Shown here piece after piece: positions 1 through 10,183 of a stretch of 64,000 nt of DNA. A program made the position numbers and the translations under genes. Below the pieces are notes generated by a model that had not been told where the DNA came from, did not search any database, and worked only from the letters and a program-made list of their open reading frames with translations. Numbering within the stretch: the first letter of the stretch is position 1; every line of letters begins with the position of its first letter. Source of the stretch: an uncultured virus (IMG/VR IMGVR_UViG_3300034374_006354) (Duplodnaviria > Heunggongvirae > Uroviricota > Caudoviricetes); the IMG/VR virus record IMGVR_UViG_3300034374_006354; one strand, given 5' to 3'.

Positions 1-296
1 ACTGGACGATTTAACTGGTTTTCTCTGAAAGAGACATCTCTAAGATTAGAAATATAATTATTAGAGCGGTTACCGTCTTTATGATCTATTTGGTCAGGAT
101 CTATCCCGTTTATTAATTTCCATATTAATCGATGTGCTCTATATTTTTTATTATCTAAGTTTATAAGTATATAACCCGAATCAGAAAGTGTTCCAGCGGT
201 CTTTCCACTACGCCTCCAGATTAGATTACCGTTTTTATAAACAAATAGTTCATGTAATCTTAACCTAGAGGGTAATTTTAATGTCTTTTTAGTAAT
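1..296 (-). CDS. HNH endonuclease, runs off the window edge, start uncertain
   Basis: Manual translation: LPSRLRLHELFVYKNGNLIW...YRAHRLIWKLINGIDPDQIDHKDGNRSNNNISNLRDVS, a typical HNH motif. No in-frame ATG; ATT at 294-296 follows a GAGGGAG SD-like sequence. Confidence 0.75.
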   Translation of the reverse strand, partial: MTKKTLKLPSRLRLHELFVYKNGNLIWRRSGKTAGTLSDSGYILINLDNKKYRAHRLIWKLINGIDPDQIDHKDGNRSNNYISNLRDVSFRENQLNRP

Positions 297-796
297 ATCT
301 TGTCTCCCTCTTTGTCAACTTTAATCATTTGGAATCCTATAGATTTACCATAATCAATAGAACTAGCATCTCTATATATCTCTTTATAATACATCTTTTT
401 GATTCCTGATTGAAACAGAGCTACCGTACATGGAATACACGGTAGGAGAGTGCAATAAGCTGTTGCACCCTCTCCTGATTGAGTTGATTTTGCTAGTTTT
501 GATAGGGCATTAAGTTCAGCATGAATAACACAAGGAAGGGTTACACCGTTACGATCCCTCATTACATTAGATGCTCCATGCGGTGTTCCATTATAACCGA
601 TAGAGAGTATATTGTTATCTCTAGCAATTACACACCCTACTTTAGTTTTCTCATCTTTTGATCTAGAGGCTACTAGCTCACATACTCCCATAAGGAACTC
701 TACCTCTTCATCTTCCTTTCGGATAAGATCACCAATAGTGACATCACTACCGTTAAACATAAGCTCATAGTATGAATCGTCTGAATTAAAGCTCAT
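278..796 (-). CDS. dCMP deaminase
   Basis: KVGCVI, GYNG, HAELNAL and PCIPC zinc-deaminase motifs. Confidence 0.9.
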   Translation of the reverse strand: MSFNSDDSYYELMFNGSDVTIGDLIRKEDEEVEFLMGVCELVASRSKDEKTKVGCVIARDNNILSIGYNGTPHGASNVMRDRNGVTLPCVIHAELNALSKLAKSTQSGEGATAYCTLLPCIPCTVALFQSGIKKMYYKEIYRDASSIDYGKSIGFQMIKVDKEGDKILLKRH

Positions 797-2579
797 ATCC
801 TGTAGGCCTCTCCATTTGAATAATGTCTTGCATAGTTTTTTTCTTAAGCTCTACTTCCTGCTTAAGGAGTTCTCTAACTTTGCCAATAGTCACACTCTCT
901 TCAAATACGAGGGCTTCGCGAATAGCCTTAAAATCACCGGGAGTTAAGTACTTAAAGTAAGTAGCATCCCTCTCTCTCTCCAACCAAAGCTTTTGTTTCT
1001 TCATACGAGGGAAATACATCTTAAAACATTCTTGAATCTGTTCTTCACTAAGGAAATCAAACTTCAGCTTAAGATACAATCGCCGCATGATTGCAGGATC
1101 CATAGAATTAATATGGTTAGACGTAGCGATAAAGATTCCTTTATACTCATCAAGTTCATTAAGAAGCTGATTAACAAAGGTTTTCTCATAGTTACGATCA
1201 GCCGTAGCTCTACTACCTGCAATAGAATCAATCTCATCAATCAAGAGAATTGACCCAGAATTACTAGCCTCTTCAAAAGCTGCTTGCAATTCTTTTTCAC
1301 CTTCACCTACATACATGCTCTGAAGATCGGCATAGGTCTTCTTGACCACCTTCAGATTCAACCTTTCCCCAATATACTTAGCCAACAAAGACTTACCGCA
1401 TCCGGGAGGGCCATAGAAGAGACAAGATACAAGATCAGGTCTTTCATTCAGAGGCCTTGACATAACATCTGCAATTTGTTTAACGAGACCATCTGCAGAA
1501 CGGTCAATGTTAATAAGGTCTAAATCGTATGTCCTATGATCAATGCTAGTCAGATGATTACTAGTGGTTTTCTTAGGAAGATTAATTGTAATACCACCGA
1601 TATCAAGCTGATCTGGTGCAATACAACAATCCGCAGCGGCGGAAGAGTTCTTCTCTGTCTCTATAATAAGAGAAGCCATGTGTTGAAGTTCGGATTCAGT
1701 AAACTCTACAGGATCTACCCTTAATACTACTCCGGGAATATTAGGACCTGTGAAAGTAGTATCTGCCCACTCTCCTTCAGACCATTCCCTCTCAGAAGCA
1801 CTAGTTTCTCTCTTAGAGAATCCACTTAGAAGGTTATCGATAAAGTTTACTCTATCATTTTCCTCTTCTACTTTCTGGTTAGATTTGATATAGTGTGCAT
1901 AAGCACTGAGCTGTGCTGTAAACCATTCTTCAATAGCTTCGTTTCGGGTCATATAACCCGTAGTTCCTGTTTTAGGGTTGTCTACGATGTAAGCAAAAGA
2001 TCGATTCTTAGATACATTATAACAACCATAACTAATACAGCTTTTATAAGCTGGAACAAAAACCTTAGCAGGTCTTGTAATAAACAAGTCAGTGATCCAA
2101 GTCCCATTAAGGAACTTTTCAACTACACTCTTAGCCTCTTCTTTTGGGATCTTAACAAGGTTAGACCCCTTCGCTTCTTCTGCATCTGCTTCTTTCTTTA
2201 CTGCTAACGCAAAAGTTAACTCATTATAGATCATTACAAGAGACCCATATAAATGAGGGTTGATCTTGGCTACCTCATAGAAATCAATAGACTTCTCCCA
2301 ATTACTCAGGAGTTCATCCATGATTTCAACAGTGATATCATTCTTCTCTAGAGCTTTGTCTTTGAAGTCTTCAATATTAAACTTCTTTTTATCCTCTACG
2401 CCTTGATTATAAGCATCCACCATGAACAAGAAATACTCATGTTCTTCAGGATTATTCATAATAAGGATTCGAGTCATTGTTTCCAATACTTTTCTAAAAC
2501 CTTCCCTATCTTTAATTATAGGATGGTATTCCATTTTAGACTCCCAATTTAGGTTCGGCAGTAAAGTCAACATCAACAT
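786..2579 (-). CDS. AAA+ ATPase with long unknown N-terminal region (true start probably MEYHP near 2534)
   Basis: Walker A GPPGCGKS, Walker B LLIDEID, ATSN sensor-1 and DPAIMRR arginine finger. Confidence 0.85.
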   Translation of the reverse strand: MLMLTLLPNLNWESKMEYHPIIKDREGFRKVLETMTRILIMNNPEEHEYFLFMVDAYNQGVEDKKKFNIEDFKDKALEKNDITVEIMDELLSNWEKSIDFYEVAKINPHLYGSLVMIYNELTFALAVKKEADAEEAKGSNLVKIPKEEAKSVVEKFLNGTWITDLFITRPAKVFVPAYKSCISYGCYNVSKNRSFAYIVDNPKTGTTGYMTRNEAIEEWFTAQLSAYAHYIKSNQKVEEENDRVNFIDNLLSGFSKRETSASEREWSEGEWADTTFTGPNIPGVVLRVDPVEFTESELQHMASLIIETEKNSSAAADCCIAPDQLDIGGITINLPKKTTSNHLTSIDHRTYDLDLINIDRSADGLVKQIADVMSRPLNERPDLVSCLFYGPPGCGKSLLAKYIGERLNLKVVKKTYADLQSMYVGEGEKELQAAFEEASNSGSILLIDEIDSIAGSRATADRNYEKTFVNQLLNELDEYKGIFIATSNHINSMDPAIMRRLYLKLKFDFLSEEQIQECFKMYFPRMKKQKLWLERERDATYFKYLTPGDFKAIREALVFEESVTIGKVRELLKQEVELKKKTMQDIIQMERPTGYEL

Positions 2580-4209
2580 AAGTTAATCTCATAGACTCAG
2601 GACTATAAATGGCCCCTCCTGCATCACCTGTTTTACCATTAAATCTGTTCTTCAGTACTCTTACCCTGATTCTATTACGGTCTAACTCGTTAGTAGCAGT
2701 CATGTCTCTTGCAAAAGCAATAATCTGAAAGCTAACTTGTTTAACGGAACCAGAACCTTTAATATCATCCATTGAGGGCATCTTACCCTCTTCAAAGGCT
2801 TGTCCTCCTGTTGACGTCTTTCTGAGGTGTGAAATCAAACCGATCCAGACATTATGTCGTTTAACCATTTTAAGCAAGTCAGACATAACCTTATCAACAG
2901 CACTATTCTGATCACCTTCTGCTTCTGATACAGCAATCGTTAGGTGATCTAATATAATATATTTACAACCCATAACACAAAGGGTTTCAATCTTTTCCAT
3001 TAAGGTATCATCAGATACAGAACCCTGATGGTCTAAAACTTTAATCTTTTCATCTAAGAAGAGTTTCTCAAAAGCTTTTCGCTTTTCCTCTTCAGATACT
3101 TCGTTTTCCTCGAAATCCTTACCTACTTCCATCTGGAGAAGCTTTCTTACATATTCTCCCGGGGATTCCTCAAGAGGTATAACTCCAATATCTTCATCTT
3201 CTTTAGCAGTCTTGTGGAACTCTAAGAGGATTTCTCTGGTCATAGTTGACTTGCCTGCTCCTGTTCCAGAGATAAATAGGTCAATCTCTCCGAGTCTAGC
3301 TCCTTTCGTTTTATGATTAACACCTTGCATACAAGCGGGGAATGGTAAAGCCTCTTTAGTTTCCTGTTCTATGTATTGACCCCACAGAGGCTCACCTGCT
3401 AGAATATTAGCTGGACACCACTTTTTAGCATCCCATACTGCCCTGCATACTTCTTTCCATCCATGTTTAAGAAGTTCTTCATTAGGGTCTTTCTCTTTGA
3501 TCTTGGCAATCCTTACTTTATCAATACCAATGATCTTACAGACCTCGTTTAAAGCTTTTTCACCAGCAGGGTCATTATCGAGCATTAAGACCACTTCATC
3601 ATAACCACGAAGCCACTCTCTGTTCTCCATAACAGCTTTCTTGCCTGTTGAACTAGGCATACCTACTACAGGATAGAATTTCTTATAGTGCTCATACATA
3701 GCGTAGGCTACAGAGAGAGCATCAATCTCTCCTTCTGTGATTACAATCCTTTTACCTGCTCCTGAGAATAGATTCTGACCAAATAGACCCTCGATCTGTC
3801 CTGTGACATGGAAGTCTTTTGGAAGTTCCCTGATTTTATAACCAGTGATATTGGTTTTACCATAGGGGTAATAGTGGGCTAAAATATCACCATTTACTCC
3901 ATCCTCTCTAGATTTAACCCCATAGAATTCTGTAACAGATTTAGGAATATTTCTTTCTTTAAAACCCCTTGAATTCATATTAAGAATATCTTCTAATTTC
4001 TCTTTCTTAATAGAGAGCATATATGGGTTTTCTTTCTTCTCAAATTGCAATACACTACCCTCCTCTTTCTCTTCTAGAGGGTTTTTATGGGATGCCCCAC
4101 ATACAAAGCATGTAGCGGGGCCTTCCTCATAAATACCTACACCATCACTAGAACCGCATTCAGAACAACCCATATGGCCTACAAATTGGCTCTTAGTGAG
4201 TTCCTTCAT
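2536..4209 (-). CDS. T7 gp4-like DNA primase-helicase
   Basis: N-terminal Zn ribbon (CSECGSSDG...CFVC), TOPRIM (ITEGEIDALS, LDND), SF4 helicase motifs SGTGAGKS, ILDHL and DIKGSGSVKQ. Confidence 0.95.
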   Translation of the reverse strand: MKELTKSQFVGHMGCSECGSSDGVGIYEEGPATCFVCGASHKNPLEEKEEGSVLQFEKKENPYMLSIKKEKLEDILNMNSRGFKERNIPKSVTEFYGVKSREDGVNGDILAHYYPYGKTNITGYKIRELPKDFHVTGQIEGLFGQNLFSGAGKRIVITEGEIDALSVAYAMYEHYKKFYPVVGMPSSTGKKAVMENREWLRGYDEVVLMLDNDPAGEKALNEVCKIIGIDKVRIAKIKEKDPNEELLKHGWKEVCRAVWDAKKWCPANILAGEPLWGQYIEQETKEALPFPACMQGVNHKTKGARLGEIDLFISGTGAGKSTMTREILLEFHKTAKEDEDIGVIPLEESPGEYVRKLLQMEVGKDFEENEVSEEEKRKAFEKLFLDEKIKVLDHQGSVSDDTLMEKIETLCVMGCKYIILDHLTIAVSEAEGDQNSAVDKVMSDLLKMVKRHNVWIGLISHLRKTSTGGQAFEEGKMPSMDDIKGSGSVKQVSFQIIAFARDMTATNELDRNRIRVRVLKNRFNGKTGDAGGAIYSPESMRLTYVDVDFTAEPKLGV

Positions 4210-4466
4210 TAATGAACCTCTCGATCATTATCGTCTGTTAAATCTTCTCCAAGTTTCTCAGCTTTAATCCTATCAACCATCTGGTTAGGGGATTCCCCAT
4301 AGGCCTGAAAAACTAAGGTTCCTGCAATAAGAGCAAAAGAACCAACAAAGAACATTGAGAAAGCAGGGGGAACTGACCATGTAAAAAGGGCCAATACCAA
4401 AGCCCAAGGGCCTGCAACAATAGACACAAGAATAAATAGCAAGTATGCTACCAAATAATACTTCAT
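4209..4466 (-). CDS. hypothetical membrane protein
   Basis: Hydrophobic N-terminal segments; abuts neighbouring genes. Confidence 0.6.
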   Translation of the reverse strand: MKYYLVAYLLFILVSIVAGPWALVLALFTWSVPPAFSMFFVGSFALIAGTLVFQAYGESPNQMVDRIKAEKLGEDLTDDNDREVH

Positions 4467-5011
4467 TTTACCTCCAAATCTTTATGTTTATTAAGAATTG
4501 ATTTTGCTTTCTTTAAACAGAGATGCATTAAATCATGTTGTTCCTGATCTAATCCGGGAATAAACCGAATAGGAGCCACTTGGTTATTATACCATTTCCT
4601 TTCTCCATTGTCATCTCTTTCCGTTAAAGAACAAAGACACATTTGTAACCATGCTTCTGTATAATTACACCATGCCCTTGTTTTAAACACACCTAATATA
4701 TGAAACTCTACTTCATCCCCGTTCTTAATATCATCATTAACATGTGAGGAGGAGGTAGTATATGCTCTCCATAAGGACTTACCTGTTTTGATATGAGTAT
4801 TCTTCTTATACGACCAAAACTGTTTCTTTCCTATATAGAACATATTCCTAGTTCTGTTAATCACAAGATAAACAAAACCAAATCTCTTTGATATATCAAC
4901 ATTGACCCCTGAGTATTCCCAATGACCTAGGTCTGTTTTGATATATTGTTTCTTAGCTACATACTTACTCATGGGAAGGGCCATCCTCTTTTGGGATAGC
5001 AAAGTCATCAT
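4463..5011 (-). CDS. GIY-YIG-like endonuclease (start probably MSKY near 4971)
   Basis: GFVYLVIN...FYIGKK motif and YTTSS. Confidence 0.65.
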   Translation of the reverse strand: MMTLLSQKRMALPMSKYVAKKQYIKTDLGHWEYSGVNVDISKRFGFVYLVINRTRNMFYIGKKQFWSYKKNTHIKTGKSLWRAYTTSSSHVNDDIKNGDEVEFHILGVFKTRAWCNYTEAWLQMCLCSLTERDDNGERKWYNNQVAPIRFIPGLDQEQHDLMHLCLKKAKSILNKHKDLEVK

Positions 5012-5684
5012 CTAAGGTTCTACGGATATGGATAAGTTGGCCGGTGTGTTCAAGCTCTTTCTTCCAGTCTTCCCCGTATACCTCATAGTATTTATCAATA
5101 ACTTTTTGCTTTCTTTCTTTACTAGTAGTAGCTCCATCTAAAATCTGACCTGCTTTAACAGGGCCGATCCCATAAAGACCCGGGATATTATCTACTGAAT
5201 CACCTGTTAAAATCTGTGTCCAATAGTGAATATCCGCTTCTTCCTCGTCAACCCAAATCAACTCCTTCTTATGAATGAGATAATGGGTGCCTGGAATACA
5301 TTGTAAGTCTTTATCAATACTTGCTATTACATAAGGTGTACCGTTCTCCCTACATTCTTCAGCCCAAATCCTTACATAATCATCAGCTTCCATGTCTACA
5401 GCTTCTTCTACTAGTTTTTCATTAAGTAGTTGTCGTCGTAGTTTAAAATACTGAGGATTAGCTTCTTTAGATTTAGCTCGGCTATCTCCACTCTTATAAG
5501 TAGGATCAACCTCTTTCCTGTAGTTAGTATCTCCAAATACTGCAATACGACACTCATCAGAGAAACAAGAGTCTAAGACCTCTTTAAGACCTTCATCAAA
5601 AGCTTGTCTAGCTTTCTTTAAAGTTTTACAGCCCCAAGCAGTTCTAAATAACAAAGGATCACCATCAATCAGCACTATGCTCAT
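4965..5684 (-). CDS. 5'-3' exonuclease (T7 gp6/FEN family)
   Basis: LIDGD, EADD, SIDKDL and GDSVDNIPGLYGIGPVKA helix-3-turn-helix. Confidence 0.9.
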   Translation of the reverse strand: MSIVLIDGDPLLFRTAWGCKTLKKARQAFDEGLKEVLDSCFSDECRIAVFGDTNYRKEVDPTYKSGDSRAKSKEANPQYFKLRRQLLNEKLVEEAVDMEADDYVRIWAEECRENGTPYVIASIDKDLQCIPGTHYLIHKKELIWVDEEEADIHYWTQILTGDSVDNIPGLYGIGPVKAGQILDGATTSKERKQKVIDKYYEVYGEDWKKELEHTGQLIHIRRTLDDDFAIPKEDGPSHE

Positions 5685-6024
5685 TACTAGTCTCCTTTGC
5701 TTTCTTACACCATGTCCTAACAGTAGTAGGGTTAATTCCTAGCTCTCTAGCTACCTTAGCATAATTGCCTAACTCTTCATAAAGAGCTAGAGCTTTCTTC
5801 TCTTTGTCATCATCCTTAAGAATCTCAGACTCATTCCTTTTAGAACTAATAGTATTTCCTTTCGAATCTACTAGTTTCCAATTAGTAACATTATTATAGT
5901 CTTCCATCCTTTTAGAGATTCTTTCTACAGAATACATACCACCTTCAGTGATAGTAACTGGGACTTTCAATACTGATGATTTACCTTTAACCTTCCAAGT
6001 CGTGATTAATGTACCATTTTTCAT
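5665..6024 (-). CDS. HTH DNA-binding protein
   Basis: C-terminal NYAKVARELGINPTTVRTW helix-turn-helix. Confidence 0.65.
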   Translation of the reverse strand: MKNGTLITTWKVKGKSSVLKVPVTITEGGMYSVERISKRMEDYNNVTNWKLVDSKGNTISSKRNESEILKDDDKEKKALALYEELGNYAKVARELGINPTTVRTWCKKAKETSNEHSAD

Positions 6025-6033
6025 TTATGACTC

Positions 6034-8611
6034 CTAGTGTGTTTCAAACCAATTGTCACCAATCTTTGCTTCACCATCCATACAAGTAACCCCATACCAT
6101 TTAGGGGCCTCTCGGAAAGCTTCTTTACAAATCTCAGCGGCTCTTTCTTCATAGCCTTCTTTAACAGCCCATTGCATTTCATCATGGTAAAAGATCAGAG
6201 GGAAAGCAGGGATGCCTTCTTCTTTGAACTTATCCATAGCATATGCAACAGCGGCTTTACAAGTGATTCCCTCTGCTGATTGCAGGAGGTAATTCAAGGC
6301 TTTATGAGCAGAATCAAGGTAAACCCTACGACCATCCAGTGCTGGAATGCTCGCTCGTCTATCTCTTGCTTCTGAAGCATAAACAATTGTATCTAGTGTT
6401 TCAGATAAGGTTTTGAATCCCGGAATAGCTTTAGCAAACTTCTTCTTAGATTCCTTACCTGCTTTGGAGTCTCTCTTTCCTGTAAGGATTAGGCCTAACT
6501 TCTCATAGCCTGCTCCAAATAAGAAAGCGTAACATTTTGTTCGAGGAGAATCGCTAATTCCCCTCCGTTCTCTTATGAACTGCTATATGTCGCCATATAG
6601 ATCGGACTATATCATCTAGGTTTCCCTAGTCGTGCGCTTCGGAACCGCTTGGTCCTACTCCATTAAGGATAGTCTCTGCACCTTCTAAGTAGTTTGCCGC
6701 TTTACGCAACAATTCGGGATTGTCTTGGAACAACCCTAACGCTCTATTACAATTATGACACAACTTCCCTCTTACAAAATCTGTTCCATGTTTATGATCT
6801 AAACATAGTTTTTCTGACTCAGGTTTACCATTCATGGAAAAGCCTTCAGAACCACAGATTTGGCATTCATTTACCTCTTTAAATTTATTCCATACTTCTT
6901 TTGTGAAATAATTGAATCTTTCAGACCTACCTGCTCTATTACCGAATTCTCGGCATTTCTGAGAGCAGTAGTCTTCTCTTATGGTAGATGGTTTAAAATT
7001 TTCTTCACACCAACTACAATCTTTAGAGCGGGTTACACCAAGACAATCATCACAAGTGAGCTGGTTATGCACATAAGGTGCGAAATCTTTCTCACATAAT
7101 TTACATTGTTTAGTTTTATAACCCATTTATTACTCCTTAGCTTGGCTCAGGATTGTCTCTTTCGAGAGTTTCCCTGAGTTCACACGATTTTACGTGGACT
7201 TACATTTTATCCACGGCTTTGCTGTAGGTCTATCACAACCTAAGATATCTGCATTCTTCTGGTGAACATCACCATTAATAACAGTATCGGTAAAATCAGA
7301 GTCATTAATATAATGACAAAGTGCTCTAAACTGGTTACCAGAGGAGTCTGCACCTACAACCTTATAGCCCTTCGGGGCTCCAAATAGTGCACGCATCTCT
7401 TTACCCCAAGCAGCATTTGGGGAAGGTACATTCACAACAATCTTATGTCGTGATCTACCTGTTGGTGTAGCGATAGTAAACATATCACCACGGAGAGTAT
7501 CCGTATCTTCAACGTGGGCTAGCCAGCCCTGAAGTATACCTAGTCTAGAACGGGTGGTATAGAAGCGGTTAATTAAAACCCCTTTCTCACCTAATGCGGT
7601 TAAGGATTCTTCACACAATTTAGGAGATTTCTTCCTGAGTTCTCCGTTAACTCTTTCCCAATTCCAATCTAAAGGTTCCCACCCTAGTTTGTAGAGATAG
7701 TGTTTAACGTGTTCAATAGATCCTAAGTCGGGATCTAAATACTTAACCCTAACGTAAGGACCATCGAGGATCCTTGTAGTATGTGCTGTCTCTGGATCAG
7801 AGATTTCACAGGGACTAATAATGTTCTTAAAGTGGTTAATACTAGCAACCTTATAGTTACCTGACTTAGTAAATTCAGGAACCTTAAAAGCTCCATCCTT
7901 ATCCATCACTTTAAGGCGATATGGCATATCTGGTTCGATTTTAGCTCGAATGTCTGCTAGCTCATTTTCCATCCTTCTTTCAAGGGCTTCAGCTGCAGAT
8001 ACATCAAACCGCCAACCATTGTCTGCGATTTGGGCTTGGAACTCAGCCAGCTTGTGTTCAACTCGTAGGCTCCTCTTTAAATAAGAGGGGTGTTCTACGA
8101 CTTTCAACATATCACTAAGTTCTTTACATAGAATCTTATACATCTTAGTATTAATTACTACGTCTTCCCTACAACGATGAACCATGTCATCACTATAGTT
8201 ATCCCAATCTTCATGTTTAGGCTTCTCTACGCCTAGATATGCACCCCATGTTTCGAGATTATGAACTCCACCAAACCTGTTATAATCTAACAACTGAGAC
8301 ATTAGCAATGTGTCTCTTATAATAGTTTCAGGCTGGGGTTCCCAGTGGAGTATCTTTTTCAATACAGGAAGGTCATATTGGATTATATTATGTCCGATTA
8401 GCTCACTTGCTTCGTCGAATAGTTCTCTAAACGCATTAAGTGGCATTGAGCTATCATTAGTGACATTATAATAATCGCAATAAATGAACTCTTCTTCTGT
8501 AGAAACATCTCTAGCTACAATCATCCAAACCTTAGAAACAGGTTCTCTTAGTTTATTACCTCTAAGAAAACCATTAGCTTCAAGGTCGAATACTAATTTT
8601 CTTCCTGCCAA
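6034..8611 (-). CDS. Family A DNA polymerase, spliced; exons 8611-7209 and 6532-6034, about 633 aa
   Basis: 3'-5' exonuclease FDLE and GHNIIQYD, motif A GADSSGNQFR. Joining the exons restores motif B (RPTAKPWI-YAFLFGAG). Motif C is FYHDE. Exon total of 1902 nt is in frame. Confidence 0.92.
6533..7208 (-). mobile_element. Group I intron in the DNA polymerase gene
   Basis: 5' exon ends in U, which pairs with G in P1 (CGUGGAU/GUCCACG); intron ends in G. Core elements AACUCAGGGAAAC...AAUCCUGAGC, GCAGAGACUA and GAUAUAGUCC. Removal restores the reading frame and motif B. Confidence 0.92.
6626..7126 (-). CDS. Intron-encoded endonuclease VII-family (His-Me) homing endonuclease
   Basis: CQICG...LCLDHKHGTDFVRGKLCHNCNRALGLFQDN..LLRKAANYL plus N-terminal CxxC repeats; lies inside the intron. 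Confidence 0.85.
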   Translation of the reverse strand: MGYKTKQCKLCEKDFAPYVHNQLTCDDCLGVTRSKDCSWCEENFKPSTIREDYCSQKCREFGNRAGRSERFNYFTKEVWNKFKEVNECQICGSEGFSMNGKPESEKLCLDHKHGTDFVRGKLCHNCNRALGLFQDNPELLRKAANYLEGAETILNGVGPSGSEAHD

Positions 8612-8622
8612 ATTTTCCTCCT

Positions 8623-9447
8623 TTAAAAGAAAGATTGTCTCCCGAAGTGACGGTTAAGCCTTTGAACTTCATCATCACTAATTTTAAATTCGGGATACTT
8701 CTTGGTTATTTTATGAATATAATCAGGATTATATCTTCCCGATGACCAATCAAATGTTAACTCTCTTGTCATTAATGTTTCTATAAATGGTGTACTAAAC
8801 TTGAAATCATCATCAAAATACACCTTAGATAATGAACAACAAAAACAATTGTTAACATATTGAATAGGCGACATCTTTAATAATATAAATTCCACAGACA
8901 TAGGCTCTTCCCTAGGTCTCCTAATATTACTTAATTTGCCTCTTACAACAAAGTCTACTGCTCTCCTACTATAAGTATAATCATTAGTACCATCCTCTGT
9001 ATCCTTACCTAGCAACTGAATATCTGATAGTTCTAGATCCGTATCTTGGAACGTACCAACAATCGCTGCAATACAAAAGTCTTTACTAAAGTTTTCAGGA
9101 GAGGATAAGTAAATGTCAAGGTCCCTAATCTCTTTACCTAATACCCAATCTCTTGGAGCACCACCTGCAATTATAACCTCTTTTTGATTAAACGACTCTT
9201 TAAGATAAGAAACTATATTTAGCCAAGTATAAGTTTGACCTATACTTGATTGTCTTGCTCTTCGGTAACTAATATCAGATTTGCTTGGTGGAAATCCTGT
9301 TATCTTGTTTAAGTGCAAGAATTCTTCCTCCGTAAAATCCCCAATTTTCCTGTTACTGTAATCTGTAAAGTTAAGTTTATTATTCCCAATCAAGTATACT
9401 CTCCTCTTCCCAAGATTCTCTATGACGATACAAGTTATTAATCGCAA
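8623..9447 (-). CDS. Nucleotidyltransferase (CCA/poly(A) polymerase head-like); start uncertain
   Basis: IIAGGAPRDWVLGKEIRDLDIY matches the GG.RD...DxD signature. Confidence 0.75.
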   Translation of the reverse strand: MRLITCIVIENLGKRRVYLIGNNKLNFTDYSNRKIGDFTEEEFLHLNKITGFPPSKSDISYRRARQSSIGQTYTWLNIVSYLKESFNQKEVIIAGGAPRDWVLGKEIRDLDIYLSSPENFSKDFCIAAIVGTFQDTDLELSDIQLLGKDTEDGTNDYTYSRRAVDFVVRGKLSNIRRPREEPMSVEFILLKMSPIQYVNNCFCCSLSKVYFDDDFKFSTPFIETLMTRELTFDWSSGRYNPDYIHKITKKYPEFKISDDEVQRLNRHFGRQSFF

Positions 9448-10183
9448 TAGTTATATGATTTAAATCCTCTTGATTCAAATTTTCTCTTGTATAGAGTTCT
9501 TCAATAGAATCTATAGTAAATTGAACCTGAGACTCAAATCCATAAGGTTCACCACACCATGCTTTATTAAACGTATGATCTGATGTAGCCGCATACTCTT
9601 GGATGGTAACTCCTTTATTTAAAAAGGTCACAAACATTATATCCCTTTTTGTATCAGGCTTGCTTAATTGCAGTTCCATGGATGTAGGTATGGAAAGAAT
9701 AGGATACCCTACTGCTCCCGTACTAGGAGGAAATAATGCATCAAGCTTAACTGAATACAGTAAAGCATAGTTTACCATAGAAGGGTCTCTTCCCTCTGAA
9801 TAATTGATTGCTTCATATGGGGGTATTGGTGAAAACTTTAGATCCTCTTCTTTAACTCTATAAGAGCTTTTTAGGTTATTTAACACCCCTGTCTTTATAG
9901 ATCTAGCTATATCTAGAGGGGAGTAATAACCATCTCCATCGTGTTCTATAGCGAGGTGGGTAATGTCCCTTCCTGTAATCCTATCCTCAAACAGAAAGTT
10001 ACTGGCACTACTACCCACCAAGAAAGTACGATCAAGAAATAAAGATCTTTTAAAATCTCTATAATCAAAGTTAATATCTTTACGAGCATCAAAAGCAGTT
10101 CTCATAAAACCTGAAAACAGTCTTCTTCTAAAAAGGTTTACTGCTGAACTATTAAAGTCATTAATACTCTTTTCAATTCTCAT
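9380..10183 (-). CDS. hypothetical protein
   Basis: 267-aa ORF overlapping neighbours in the operon. Confidence 0.65.
   Translation of the reverse strand: MRIEKSINDFNSSAVNLFRRRLFSGFMRTAFDARKDINFDYRDFKRSLFLDRTFLVGSSASNFLFEDRITGRDITHLAIEHDGDGYYSPLDIARSIKTGVLNNLKSSYRVKEEDLKFSPIPPYEAINYSEGRDPSMVNYALLYSVKLDALFPPSTGAVGYPILSIPTSMELQLSKPDTKRDIMFVTFLNKGVTIQEYAATSDHTFNKAWCGEPYGFESQVQFTIDSIEELYTRENLNQEDLNHITIAINNLYRHRESWEEESILDWE

Noticed and set aside
6034..6297. Separate 87-aa gene, or a DNA polymerase pseudogene
   Set aside because: It is part of exon 2; intron removal gives an intact polymerase frame.
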